From the NCBI GenBank assembly GCA_036172245.1, contig JAYWIR010000012.1, positions 3,100,001 to 3,164,000 on the forward strand: 64,000 nucleotides of DNA. The letters are read 5' to 3'. The translations under genes and the position numbers were made by a program. This document shows, piece by piece, positions 35,740 through 47,579 of this stretch. The DNA is from Raillietiella orientalis (taxonomy: Eukaryota). Position 1 is the first letter of the stretch. Each line of letters starts with the position of its first letter. The notes under the pieces are model-generated. The model worked only from the letters and a program-made list of their open reading frames with translations, was not told where the DNA came from and made no database searches.

Positions 35740-37400
35740 CAGATGAGGGAAGAACAGAGGGATTCCGCCAAAGAACTCGCTTTGGAGAGAAACTCTTGGA
35801 AATGCAATGGAACAGCTGCTCTTCAAGGCCCTCCTCATCCCTAAACATGCAATAGAAGAACTGCTCTTCAAGGTCCCTTCTTATCCTTGGACATGCAATG
35901 CAACAGCTGCTCTTCAAGACATTAGCTTCTAGAGGTTCCCTAAAGACCACTGGGTGAAGGTAAGGGCAAGGCCGCAAGTTCACTCGCTCAACCTCTCGAA
36001 AGAAGGGATTGCCCCAAGAGCTCTCATGAAAGTCGGGGGAGGGAAAAGGAGGTTGTTTCTTGCATTCATCAGATCTCAATCTCGTCTTTTAACTTTTCAT
36101 AGCTCCAGCTGCATCTCCTCCCTGCTCGGGGATCCAGCGGCCAGACTATCCTGAGCATCAGCACAGCTCTGCCTCGCCCCCATCTTGGAGCGGGGCGCTC
36201 CTGGCTTCGCTCAAGAAGTCTCGCTCGATGTGGTGGGTCCTGCCGAGGAAGGATGAGTTGATTCCTGTCCTCGGCTGCGACGGCGGAGAGTCGCGGGGCG
36301 ACGACACGTATTTTACTTTCCTTTTTCAAAAACCCGCGGCCTCTGCATATCGGGAGACGAGGACTCAACGGATCGCGTTGAGAGAGTGTCCTGACGCCCG
36401 TCTTCATGGTGCTGACGCTCGCAACAGCATCGTCCTACGTATGGATCTCGCTTCTGCCCCTCCCAAGCCTACGGCCATCGGGGTAGTGTCGGGGCGAGGT
36501 GTCGCAGGAAAGAAGGGTGGAGAAAGTGTCGATAAGTTCAGAGAAAGGAAGGAGGAAAAAGAAGGCGCGGCTGCTATCAGCGCGAAGCAAAACTGCACGT
36601 CTGTCTGACGTCCTGGTTCGGCTTGGTCCCGGGACGACCACCTGAGATCGAGACAGGCAGAGTATGGGTGAGGGACCGGAGAGAGCGGGAAGTGACGAAG
36701 GAAGCGGCAGGGAAAAAGAAAAAGGCATTCGGAAGAAGTACTCTTCTCACCCCCCTCGACTGGAAGGTGTCTTCCTTCCTCTTTTCTCGAAGAGCTCTAT
36801 CTTGAGAAGAGTAAAAGTCACGCCTCCGCCTGGGGCTGTTTTTGAGGGAACGGAGAGCTGCTGAGTGCAGAGGCTCCCTAAGGGAGAAAAGGCAACCCCG
36901 AAAAGCTCCGAGCAGCAGTTCTCATTCGCGCCAAAGGCCCTTTCACCCCCACCCACACATAAGCCGATTCATTTCCGATGGGGAGGTATGGGGAACGCAT
37001 CTTTACCTTTGTCTCATGGGCTTTCTCCTAGAGGACCAGACAGACAAAGGCTTTTTCTGGATGGAGCAGATCCCAGCCGCTCCCAGAAGTACGATCCGAA
37101 AAGCTTCAGGAGGGTCCTCTCCAAAGGGCCACAGGGAACAGGTCCTTTCGAAGCGGCGTGGGAAAAGGAAGGACCCCTTTAGCTTTGCACCCCTTTCCAG
37201 AGCCTGCGGTTTTCAGAACCAGCAGTTTGCTACTCCTTCGGCCCGGAAGGGCCTCTCTGTCTGCCTATACCCCTTCAAGACTTTTGAACAGCCTTTCTAG
37301 GCAGTGGTCAGTTCAAGCCCACACACCTTTTCCTGTTGACCAAAGACTGCAGAGGATTCCAGTTCATCCAAAGGGGCAGTCAGGAGTAGAGGCGGTTGCT
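35740..37400 (+). mobile_element. Heavily decayed RLE-clade retrotransposon (RT to pre-knuckle region)
   Basis: RGIP..SL..AMEQLL, LTFHSSSCISSL (GL.FN..KC.SL-like), GGMG and FQFIQRG (FIHRAR-like) appear in the expected order across frameshifts. Confidence 0.35.
35802..35920. repeat. 45-46-bp tandem repeat, ~2.6 units
   Basis: atgcaat..aa.a.ctgctcttcaag present three times. Confidence 0.88.
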
Positions 37401-40400
37401 CTCTTCCTTGCATCCTGCATCTCTTTTTCCCCGCAGCGCAGGAAGGATTCCCTGGTCGGGAACGAGCCTTCTCGTCCTCCCTTCCTCTCCTTCTTTCCCC
37501 TTTCCTCTCTCTCTTCCCTCCTTCCTTCCTCCTCCTCCCATTCTCTCCCACTTTTTTTCTCCCTCACTCTCCTCTTCTTCTTCATCCCTTCCTCCACATC
37601 CCTTCCTTTCACGGGGAGGAATCAGGCCTGACTCAGAAACAGCATAGAACGGGGAAAACTGCCGATTGAGATTCTGGAGCCACCCCGGCTGAAGGCGGCG
37701 AGCAAAAGTTGCGCAATTTGGCGATGCGGCGAATTCCGAATGAGGGGATGCGAGCGGATACGCACCCGGCATTGCAATCCGTAGACCAGGGAGGGTCAAG
37801 GGGGCAGGAGGACGAAAAGGGGGTGCGCGCTTCGACTCTGCGCGGGGAACCCGATTGCGCTCTCGCTTCGTCTGAGCTCCCTTGCCGGACTCCTCCTCTA
37901 ACCCCCGAGTAGTGCTCCAGGAGCAGCGTGAGGATGCATCAGTTATTTGTGTGCTCCCCCCTTCCGCGACCCTTTTCTCTAGTGCCGTCCCTTAGCCGCG
38001 GTCAGTCCGTGACCGAGACAAGCGCATCGCTTCGCTTTGTTCCGCTAGCGTGCTGCTCTTTTCTCCCTATTCCCGCCCTTGTCCTAGACTTTCCAATCTT
38101 CCCCTCGACTCTCCCTTTTTCCTGCTTCCTCCTTCCTCTTGCTTTCATTTTCCAAGCTGACTAGGCGTTGCCACACGCGCACCGACAGCTCCGATGGGAG
38201 AAGCAGCAGTGGCGGCTCCCTGAGAGCGACAGCTCGGCTTCCGCGAGGATCGAGAGATAGAGGAAGGGGGAGGGGGGGAAGCAGCGCAGTATGCGCGACC
38301 TTTTTAGACAAGAGCGCCGTCAGGCGCCAAGCTTCTCTTCAACGGCGTGTCGGCGTCGGCATCAGTGGGTGAGCTGGCAGCCGGCCGAGTACTGCGCAGG
38401 CGCAACATGCAGAGCTATCTCCACCAATCCGCCATGGGAAGGGAGGAGGCCGGGAAGAGGAGACGCACTGATGCTCCATGTACCATACGGAGGGACGCGA
38501 AGACTGGTGTCGAGGAAGTCGGTGTGTTACGGAAGTGCCTCACCCTCCTCCTCATTTCCGCCCTTAGTTGCTTCTCTGGAAAGGAAGAGGGGAGGGATGG
38601 TCTTTTTGCCCTTCCCGGCCTCGAACGCAGGACTCCTCACGCACAGTCCAGCGAGGAAGAGGAGGTGAGAGGGGAAGGGGAAGGAAGAGGAACTTGAAGC
38701 TGCTGCTGAGACCTTCACCGTGGACTCTCCTACGCCTTGTCATCTCACTCGGATGCTCGCCAGCGGCGAAAAGGCGCGGCTGCTACTGGAAACTTTCAGG
38801 ATTCCGGCCGGAGCCCTCCTTCTAGAAAATGAATGGCCGACTGTCCTGCTAGGGGCACGCCACGCCCATCGCCTCTTGACCTTCCAAGCAAGAAGGGAAG
38901 GAAGGACAGCTCTTTGCGAGCACGGGGGGCTCCCCGTTCCGTTTCGGCAAGGTCGAACAGAGTGCCTGCCGGATTCTTACGTTGGGGTCCAGGAGTTTCG
39001 GAAGGGGGAGAGGGGAAAAAAAGGAGAAACCGCGTGGGTTTGGGAACGGAAGGGGACCCAGTCGAGATGCCTGGAGGCGCCCGGAAGCGCTTCAGAGGAT
39101 GAACCCAGCGGCGGTAGCGGCAATGGCAGGGAGGGAGACTTCAGGAGATCTCTCTGCCTCCCAGTCGCTGCCGACGCCATCACGATGCGCAAGACGAGTT
39201 CCTACCTGATGGCGTGGGTGGTGGCTGCCGTCGGCCGAGTCGCAGCGATCATTTGCGCCGTGTGCACAGCCTTCCCGAGCATGAAACGTGGACAAGCATT
39301 TTAATTCCGAGATCCAATCTTCCAGCCATGGACCTCCGAGAGCGGGCCGAGGAAGAAGGGAGGGGGGAAGGAAGAGGGGAAGGGAAGAGGAGGAAGGAGG
39401 AGGCGGGAGCAAAACAAGAAAGAAGAAAGGAGAAAACTCTTTGGGAACACAAGAAGACATCCCCTCGTCAGGGTCTCCAGAGGGCAGGCAGGAAATAGGC
39501 GGAAAGGAGCAGTAGCCAAGGTAGGGTGGACCTTCATCCGCTTAGAACTCTGCTCCACATAGACCAAGAGGTCGGACAGCGTTGATGCGACGCACGGAGA
39601 ACGCGCTCCACGTGACTGAGGCGACCGCAGCATCCGCCCAAAAAGAACGCAGGCAAGTGTCGCAGTCCCTTGCTTGCTGGAGGAGTCCCTGGTCATTCCA
39701 GTTGTCCTTTCTGGGGAGGAATGAACAGGAGCGATGCTTTGTTCTGGAAGGTGACATCTCTAGGTGGGATCCTTACGTTTTTAAAAGTTCGGCAGGAGGA
39801 AAAGGGGCGAGCTGGCACGCTCTCTTTTTTTCTCACGAGGGTTGGCATGTTGCCCTCATTAGGAGACTGCAACGATTCTTGCTGCCATCTCCTCGAAAGG
39901 AAAGGGATGGAAGGGATCTGAACAAGGAGAGGAAGAGGAATCCAGGCGGAACCACGCAAGAAGAGTAGGAGTCAAGAAGAACGCGGCGCTGGACTGATGG
40001 TCAGTGGGGTGTTTGGCCATAGCGCCGCGTTGCCGGTGAATGAAGGAGCATCTGGGGCTGCCAAACCCTAGCGAACCTTCGCAGCGTGCTGTGCCGCTTC
40101 CTCACCTCCTCCGCCCTCCCCTTGGTCTCCCCGACAGCGTCCTGTGGAGCTTCCAGCGAATGCGCCAATCGAATGTGGCGCCTCGGCGGAAGGAGCAGGA
40201 CCCTCTTCTTTCGCTGAAGCAGGCAGGTAAACTCAAGGAAGATCCATCCTGGGATCCCGCTGGAGGCCGTCTCAGCATCATAGAAGGCTGCGCAAGAGCG
40301 ATCGCCGGTTTTTGAGGTTCCTGGAGTATGCAAGGGGGTTTCAAAGAGCGGCAGAGCTCGGTAAAGAAGGACCTCCAGGCCGAGGCAGGAGTCACGTCGA

Positions 40401-41368
40401 TCCTGCTGATGGAAAACGCCATCGTGGAGGTTCGAAACCAAGCGCCTCCTTAAGCTTGGCCATAGATTCGAAACTGCGGTGAAAAAAACAACATGGCGCC
40501 GCCTTGCTGGGCACAGCGCGGGCTTCTTTCTCGGTAGACTCCTCAACACGATGGACCCGATTCGGTACGGAAAAAGTAGCGGCAAGAATCCAGCGGAACG
40601 TAGGGCGGTCGGCAATCCCAGCACCCGCAGTCCCCGATAAAAACGTGTTTCGCCTATCTAACATCACTTCGGAGATCTTGAAAGCAGTCCCTTCACCACC
40701 TGAGATCAAATACTCCGATCGGCGGAGGTTTCTTGTGCCCACACACATCCTTTGTTCTATCATGAGCCGTTATCTTTCCTTCTGTAGCCCGTTTTGTGAG
40801 TACAGCATCAGTTGTGTGCGTGAAAAGTTAAGAACATTGGCGAAATTACTTCCTTCGATTCTTGATGACTATGACTTTTGTTTTTTTAACTTTGATCGAT
40901 CGTCGAGACCGTGCTCAAAGGAATGATTCGCGAGGACTTTTGCCTTTCTTTCCCATCTCCCCTGCAATTCCTAGGCAACCATTCTATTCGGATTCCACGC
41001 ACCTTTCCGAACTATTCTTGTCATTGGATTCCTCAATGCATATGCGTATTGAAATGCAGGAATGGTGTTGAGCACTGTGCATCTACTGAAAAGGGATGAA
41101 GGAAATGGGGATGAGGGATTTCAGTGCTCCTACAATGATGCGCAGTGATTTTTTTTTTTTTAAAAAAAAGTGGTGGTTGTGGTTTCGCCTGTGCTTCTCA
41201 GCACTCTAATGTTCAGACTGCTTCCACCTACTCACTGTGCTGTTCTCGCTTGCGCTGAAACGAGTAGAGTTGCCACGGGGTCTTCACAAATAAATTCCTT
41301 CGTGGCCAAGGTACCATGTAGCTTTTGCTGTGTGGTTTACTTATGCCGATGCTCAAAATGATTACACA

Positions 41369-41416
41369 AAGGTGAGCCAAACGATAAATCTATAGACTTA
41401 TCGTTTGGCTCACCTT
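41369..41416. repeat. 48-bp palindrome with one mismatched pair
   Basis: AAGGTGAGCCAAACGATAA-a-TCTATAGA-c-TTATCGTTTGGCTCACCTT. Confidence 0.95.
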
Positions 41417-42867
41417 GATCTCACATTAGCATGAGGATAGGATTCGAAACTTTGCGAGGGGTCTAGGAAGCATGAAGAAACTACAGATCACCTTAAGATC
41501 GGTACAAGAAATTGCCACAACTCCGCTTTTTATTGAAATCATAATATATAATGGATGCAGATCAAGTACGCATATAAAACAGAACGCATAACTGTTTGGC
41601 AAGGACTGAATTTGCAGGATGTGGGTTTCATCCTCAATGATTATATAATTTTAACTTAGTTTTTCAAAACAATTCACGCAATAAAGCAGCAGAACTGAGA
41701 TGGAAATTGTTTTATTTTCCTATTTAATGGGCGAAAGAACTATCTGGATAACAGATTTTGAGAACAATTAGTAGTGTAGGAATTTCGGGAAAATATGACA
41801 TTCACATTTGTTTAGAACTCATATCAGGATGGCTTAAGAAATGGAAATCTTGTTGTTACTTTTGACTTCAAACAGAAGTCCATTCACGTCAACAGCGTCG
41901 GATTCATGTGAATGCTAAGATCTTTGTAAGACCTGTCTCAAGTTCAAATGGGAAGCTGTAATAGGATCTGTGTTTCCTCCCTAAAATACAGTTCTGTGAG
42001 CAAACTGCAGTGGAACAATTACAGTCTAGTTAATAAATGGATGACGCACCAAACTCAAGGAATCTCAGTATCACCCTTCTGATGTTTTACGATATCTCCT
42101 ACCAACTGATTACACAGTAAAGCTGGAACTCTTTATGAAACTTCTTTCCATGAAACTCCTTACATACGCTCTGGGTCCACAAACTACGAGATATTTTCTT
42201 TTCTTGTTTTTCCCTACTTACACTTTGTTCTCTCTAACACCCTAAAACAGCATAATTTAAAGTAAAAAAATGTTATAATCCTAAGTGAACTTACAACATT
42301 TGAATTCCTTAAGACTTTTAGATTCCGTGGAACATTATGCTCTTCGTCAAGCCCTTCCACTAGATAGAACACAATGAACATCAAAAATTCATCTAAATGT
42401 TATAGCTGCATTTATTTATTTTTTCAAGATCTAGAGTCTTACAGATAAAAGTACCAAATTCAATCTCCAGTAAACCTTTGGCAAATAAAACAAGATATTG
42501 TTGATATCACGTCATCTCAGGCATATCCCATAATAAGAAACTTCATTTGATTTTTATTTCTGAGTGAGTGATCCTAATGACCAGAGGGTGTATCGTGTCA
42601 GCTAAACAGTCACAAAGTTTCCTGTTTCCAAGCTTACTGCTGCAACACTATATTCCAACTAATAAGAATCCCTTACAATGCAGCCTTTTAAGGAGAAATT
42701 TTTCTAATACTTACACTGAAATTTACAAGGAATGAGAGTTATTCCTTATTTTATACGGCATACAATTTTCAATTCATTGCATTCTTATCGTATCTAATCT
42801 TCATCTCAGTTCAGAGTATAATGAACGCATCTTCGTGTATAATGAACGAGTATTCATTATAAACTGT

Positions 42868-42962
42868 AGTTTTGAATTTCCTAATTATGTTTTGGGTGGA
42901 TTTATTCTTGAAAGTTGCAAGCATGGGATGCTAGAAATGAAACTCTTAACAATTTGACATTT
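42868..42962 (+). repeat. 95-bp direct repeat upstream of RpL14
   Basis: Matches 45505-45599 with 7 substitutions by eye. Confidence 0.92.
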
Positions 42963-43690
42963 GTAAATGTGATAATAACAATAGATAGGTGAAATTTGTA
43001 AAAAAATATAAATCCTAATCGGCTCATCAAAATAATTCAGACAAACTTGAAATGTACTGCTTGTGTTCAATAATACAAACCACACGTATGCATAGTTTTA
43101 AAAACAAGTACACGCTTGTGGAGATGTGCACGTTAAATTTTCGTCTTTACGTCCTTAGCTATAGAATTCAGATTTACTCATCTTTATTTCTGCTTTGTCA
43201 GTGTCAATACAAACTATTTTTTCCTTTTGTATCGCTCATCAGATAGTAGCACTTTCATTTCTATTTCATCTTGAGCGCAAAGAAAAAGTGTCAATCATTA
43301 TTTTCATCTAATGAAGAATATGTTTCATTGAAAACTTTGAAACCTTTTTTACTCATTTTTTATTTTTTTTAACATATTATTTTAAGTGGTCAATCACAAA
43401 TTTCTTATTTTAATATTTGAAAGAAGAACTGTTTTTTTTTTTATAGTCTTAGGTTACTTATATCTGCAAAATCTTCGGAATATTGACTAAGATAACAGAG
43501 TTTAAGATGCATGATCAGCTTCTTTGTGTTATTTAAATCTTGAATGTTAGTCAGTTTGAATTAAAAACTAGTGGAGCTGCAGATACAAGTAAAGTTGCTA
43601 GTCAAGCTTAGTTGGGTGTAAATAATAGATAATTGTGTAATTTTATGATGAATTAAAACTATGTTCCATAGTTGGTATTTCTGATTGCAA

Positions 43691-43700
43691 TTCCTATTCC
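43691..43700 (+). promoter_or_regulatory. Possible TCT/5'TOP-like pyrimidine initiator of RpL14
   Basis: TTCCTATTCC ~35 nt upstream of the ATG. Ribosomal protein genes typically initiate in such tracts. Confidence 0.35.
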
Positions 43701-43726
43701 GTTGTGTTATTGCTGACCGTGCTGAA

Positions 43727-43729
43727 ATG
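43727..43729 (+). CDS. RPL14: 60S ribosomal protein L14, exon 1 coding part (ATG only)
   Basis: gaaATG|gtaagt with a consensus donor. Supplies the Met missing before [10 protein letters not shown]. Confidence 0.8.
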
Positions 43730-44421
43730 GTAAGTCGAATGGGGAGGTTATTTTCCGAACATAAGAAAACATGTCTAAATGATTTTGAAAATCAACTCAA
43801 AAATTTTTCAAAATAACAAAATAGAGTACTTTTCGGTTGTGATGTTTGTATTGGAACAGTAAGTGCATAATGTACAAATTTCCATTAATCCACGTGTAAA
43901 CGCAGCATCGTTGTCGTTTCGTATGATTAAGAAGCACAGTAAGCAGGAAACGGATCGTTAGGCAAGCAGAAGAAAGGGAAAAGTGACCAATGTGAGCACA
44001 AGTGCATATTTTAATGGAAGTTCTTGATTGGCATTTACCTTTAAATGTTGCTCGTTCATAAAAAGTTAATACAGTTGCCCAAAAAACCAATTTAATAAGT
44101 TTTCACATGCATTGCATATTCTTTTCAAATTTGTTACTTGTGGCTCTTATATTGGCATCATAAACATCGTTGCATAAATTTTTGCCGTGTTAGCAGTATT
44201 GGAAACCGTTTTATGGCCTGTTTGGCGGAAATATTGCACTTTTACTAGATTATTTCAATTCTGCAAAGTAATATTATTTGTCATGCATTTTTATTCATGT
44301 CTACATAAAATTGATGCCAAATTTGCACCAGAAAATCAAACACATTAGGTAGTTGTATGCAGCAATAATGTGTTTATTGATTTTAAACCGGTTGCGCATT
44401 ATCTTGAAATTTGTGTCTTAG

Positions 44422-44523
44422 GTATTCAAAAAGTTTGTGGAAATCGGCCGTGTGGCATTTATAGCTGCTGGTCCAGATGAAGGGAAGATATGTGCGATAG
44501 TAGATGTTATAGATCAGAACAGA
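44422..44523 (+). CDS. RPL14: 60S ribosomal protein L14, exon 2
   Basis: ttag|[34 protein letters not shown]|gtaagt; eL14 N-terminal KOW signature. Confidence 0.96.
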
Positions 44524-44555
44524 GTAAGTATTTAACTTAAGCATTTGATTCTCCT

Positions 44556-44620
44556 TTGAAAGGATGAGCCATTTATAGTAAGAGCCGTCTGATTCTTTGA
44601 TGACTAGGTCAGCTGATGTT
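44556..44620 (+). ncRNA. Intronic C/D-box snoRNA, SNORD49/U49-like
   Basis: C-like AGGATGA (44561), guide ATAGTAAGAGCCG followed by T and D' CTGA (44589), C' TGATGA (44598), D CTGA (44613). The guide pairs, with one mismatch, with conserved 28S rRNA CGGCUCUUCCUAU. Confidence 0.72.
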
Positions 44621-44685
44621 ACTGTACAGAATTTGAGATTCCTTGTTTGTCTCCTTTTCTCTAAAGCTGTTCTTATTGTCCTTAG

Positions 44686-44880
44686 GCTTTGGTGGATGGA
44701 CCCTGTACCGATGTTAAACGTCAAGAGATGAGATTTAAGGATCTGCACTTGACAAATTTCAAAATAAAGATTGGACATTCGTGCCATTCAAGATATGTGA
44801 AATCAGCATGGGTAAAAGATGATATAACAAACAAGTGGTTAGCAACTAGCTGGGCTAAGAAGTTAGAGGACCACAAAAAG
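44686..44880 (+). CDS. RPL14: 60S ribosomal protein L14, exon 3
   Basis: cttag|ALVDGPCTDVKRQ..LHLTNFKIKI..WLATSWAKKLEDHKK|gtagga. Confidence 0.96.
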
Positions 44881-44918
44881 GTAGGAGCCAACAGATCATT
44901 ACTTCATTGGTTTTGTAG

Positions 44919-45095
44919 AGATTGCAAGTTAACGATTTTGAGAGGTTCAAGATTAGCAAGGCAAAGCAACGATGTAACAAGTTGGTGCGTAGCACTTTTG
45001 TCAAGCTGCGGCGTGCTAAACGACAGCTTGAGTTACAAGAAAAATCTGAAGCAAAGAAGCTCAGAAAGACAGCTGCTGCAGAGAAAACTTCATGA
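44919..45095 (+). CDS. RPL14: 60S ribosomal protein L14, exon 4
   Basis: ttttgtag|RLQVNDFERFKISKAKQRCNKLVR..AAAEKTS*; the DFERFK motif restores colinearity with eL14. Spliced CDS is 477 nt (158 aa). Confidence 0.92.
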   Translation, partial: RLQVNDFERFKISKAKQRCNKLVRSTFVKLRRAKRQLELQEKSEAKKLRKTAAAEKTS

Positions 45096-45504
45096 CTTTG
45101 CATTAGAAATCTCTCACCTTATGTTTTTCTCATTGTTTGGGGTACAAACTGGCATTAGCAAAAGTTTCAAATTTTTGTGTACTATGTTGAAGTTCACATC
45201 ATCATTTATTGAATTTATCAAGCATAAAAGCTATTCACCATCATCACATACATGACAAGCATGCAGAAACCCTATATTGTTTGCATCTTCAAAGATCAAC
45301 TTCTGAACAGAGAACTGTAAAATGTGCTGAAGCCATTCTATAGTGGGTATTTAGAGGCAGCTTTTCTCTCTCTCTCTCTCAATTAAGTTTGCAATAACTG
45401 CATCAGAAAGTTACGTGCTCATTATATAGATGTCACTTTTTTCTATATTAAAACAGTGTAAAATATGAAAAGAGCTTGCACATAGGATTTAGCAAAATCC
45501 TTGA

Positions 45505-45599
45505 AGTTTTGAATTTCCTAATTATGTTTTGGATGGATTTATTCTTGAAATTTTCAAGCATGGGACGCTAGAGATGAGACTCTTAACAGTTTGACATTT
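45505..45599 (+). repeat. 95-bp direct repeat downstream of RpL14
   Basis: Matches 42868-42962. Confidence 0.92.
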
Positions 45600-47579
45600 C
45601 TTGCATTAATCTTTAAGTGCATTGTAAAATGAAACTAATAGCCAATTTAATAGGATTAGGTGTTTAGAAGTTTTATGATGGAAAAGAAAAGAAAAAAGTT
45701 TGTATGCGAAAAATTGAGAATTCAGTTCCCTAAATTCTCATGTTGAATATAAGCAGGATTTCAGGCCTTAATGAAAGCTGATTTTTTTTAAAATGGGATT
45801 ACCAAGAGATTGCTCACGTATTTAGTGGGTTTTGTGGGAGGCACAGATGCGAAATTTCACATATTACAGTTTTGGAGCATCATAGACTAAATGAACAGCT
45901 TGGTGCACTGTAAGCTATGTGTGGATTGCATCAATGTAAAAGTGCATTTCAGACTTTAGCATCCCATGGTTGCCATTGTAGATCTGTGCCTTGTGATGTG
46001 CAAAGCATGGTGTTACCACTGAGTAGTATGATCTTTAAATTAGCCTAGTTTATCCTGATGGAATAGTGTCTTGAAGGTTTTCCTATTGCCATTTCTCTTC
46101 TCCATGAACAGAGTATTTTCAATTATAATATGAATGTAGAAGCTGACATCCACATCCACAGTAAGAAAATGCTGAGGCTGCTAGTCACCAAATTGTAGGG
46201 TGTTGAAAAAATGGTTGCTACAGTCGGTGTGTTTGCGGATGTTTGATTTTGCGTGTGGCACAGTGGCACAGCTCCCAGACAAGGTTCTTGAAATAAGGCT
46301 TAAGGTTTGTAATTAATACCGAATCAGTTCGTCAGCTATCCAAAACTACCAGTAAACCTATCAGAGTTCACTGGAATTAGGATGAGGTTCGGGTGTACAC
46401 CCACAGCACATTTGTGTATGTAATATGTATACATAGTAGGAAATTTGTTATGTTGACCTGATAAAAATGCTACAGAACTAAGGGTTACATCGGGTCAAAA
46501 GGTGAGGTGCGCCGTGTGTTTCTAGCCGGCTTTACTGCAGGAGCTGACGGCGATGAATGACCGGGTCATGTCTGTTATGCGTACCTTCTGTACACGTTTG
46601 TTAAGAAAAATGTGAGATAGGAAGTGCCTGGCTCGAATGCGTAAGTACCAACGGAGGCACCAATCCAGTTTCCGGATGCAACAAGAAATGGGAGCCCTCG
46701 CTGCCCATTTAGCTGTTGGACTCTGTTTTTGCTGCAAGGTTTGCATTGGCAAGCGGTAAAGGGGGTAAATTGCCAGGCTGGAAGTGGAAGACTTCAGTTT
46801 CTGCACGCCCACAACACACGTCGTCGGCTTTTGCTCTGTGCGGTGCAGCGAAAGTACGGTAAATTGAAATCATATGTATACTATGTATACTTCCTTCCGA
46901 TGCTTTCTATTCCATTCAGTTTTTTTTTTTTTTTTTGTTCAATTTGCCCCATTCCTACCTATTTCCACGGTAGTTGCGGTATGACCAGCAGCAGTCAGTA
47001 CTTCCAATACGAAATTACGTGATTTCGATCTTCCCGTTAAAATCTCAGAAAGTTGTTGGTCTTGCGGGTTTTTTTTAATGCTGAGATTATGGAAAGGGAA
47101 CTAATCACCCAACAACCGAATTCTTCTAAAAAAAACACACACACACACACATGGCATTTGGCATAGCGATTCCTTCAGACAGGAATACGTAATGATGGAA
47201 CAGGAAAGCGATAATGTTGCCATTTCAAATGATCGGATGACAGCAAGTCATCTGTTGGAGGGTGTTCGTGACTCTTCAGCTTTAGCAAAATTTTGCATTT
47301 GGATGTTTTTTTTCTCTTTCTCTCTCTCTCTTTCCCATGGAGCGCCACTTTCGTTAAAAACATGCATCTTGCAGTTCTCGTCAGCAAGATTCTTTTCCTC
47401 CAAAGTAGAGAAAAGTTCGTTTCAGTCCGAATTAAGGAAACGTTTCCGAGCCATTTCTATAGATTTTTACGTAGCAAACGTGCAACCATTCTTTCTAGGT
47501 AAGCCAAAAGAGCTGGAAGTTTATTCTTATTCCCTGAAATGAAAATAGGAAAAAGTACTCTTATAGTTGGGGCATTGCA

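Noticed and set aside
35802..35920. CRISPR-like repeat-spacer pattern (also 32528-32645)
   Set aside because: The intervening sequences resemble each other (plain tandem repeats), there are only 2-3 units, the context is eukaryotic and there are no cas genes.
44190..44348. Possible H/ACA snoRNA in RpL14 intron 1 (two weak hairpins, AGATTA, ACA)
   Set aside because: The boxes are separated from the stems by 8-9 nt and no pseudouridylation pocket is evident. AT-rich DNA gives such folds by chance; it would need snoGPS/Infernal support.
45920..46000. Frameshifted CxC..FQ..IP..H pattern like a MULE SWIM finger
   Set aside because: Needs frame changes over a very short span, and no other transposase motif or TIR was recognised.
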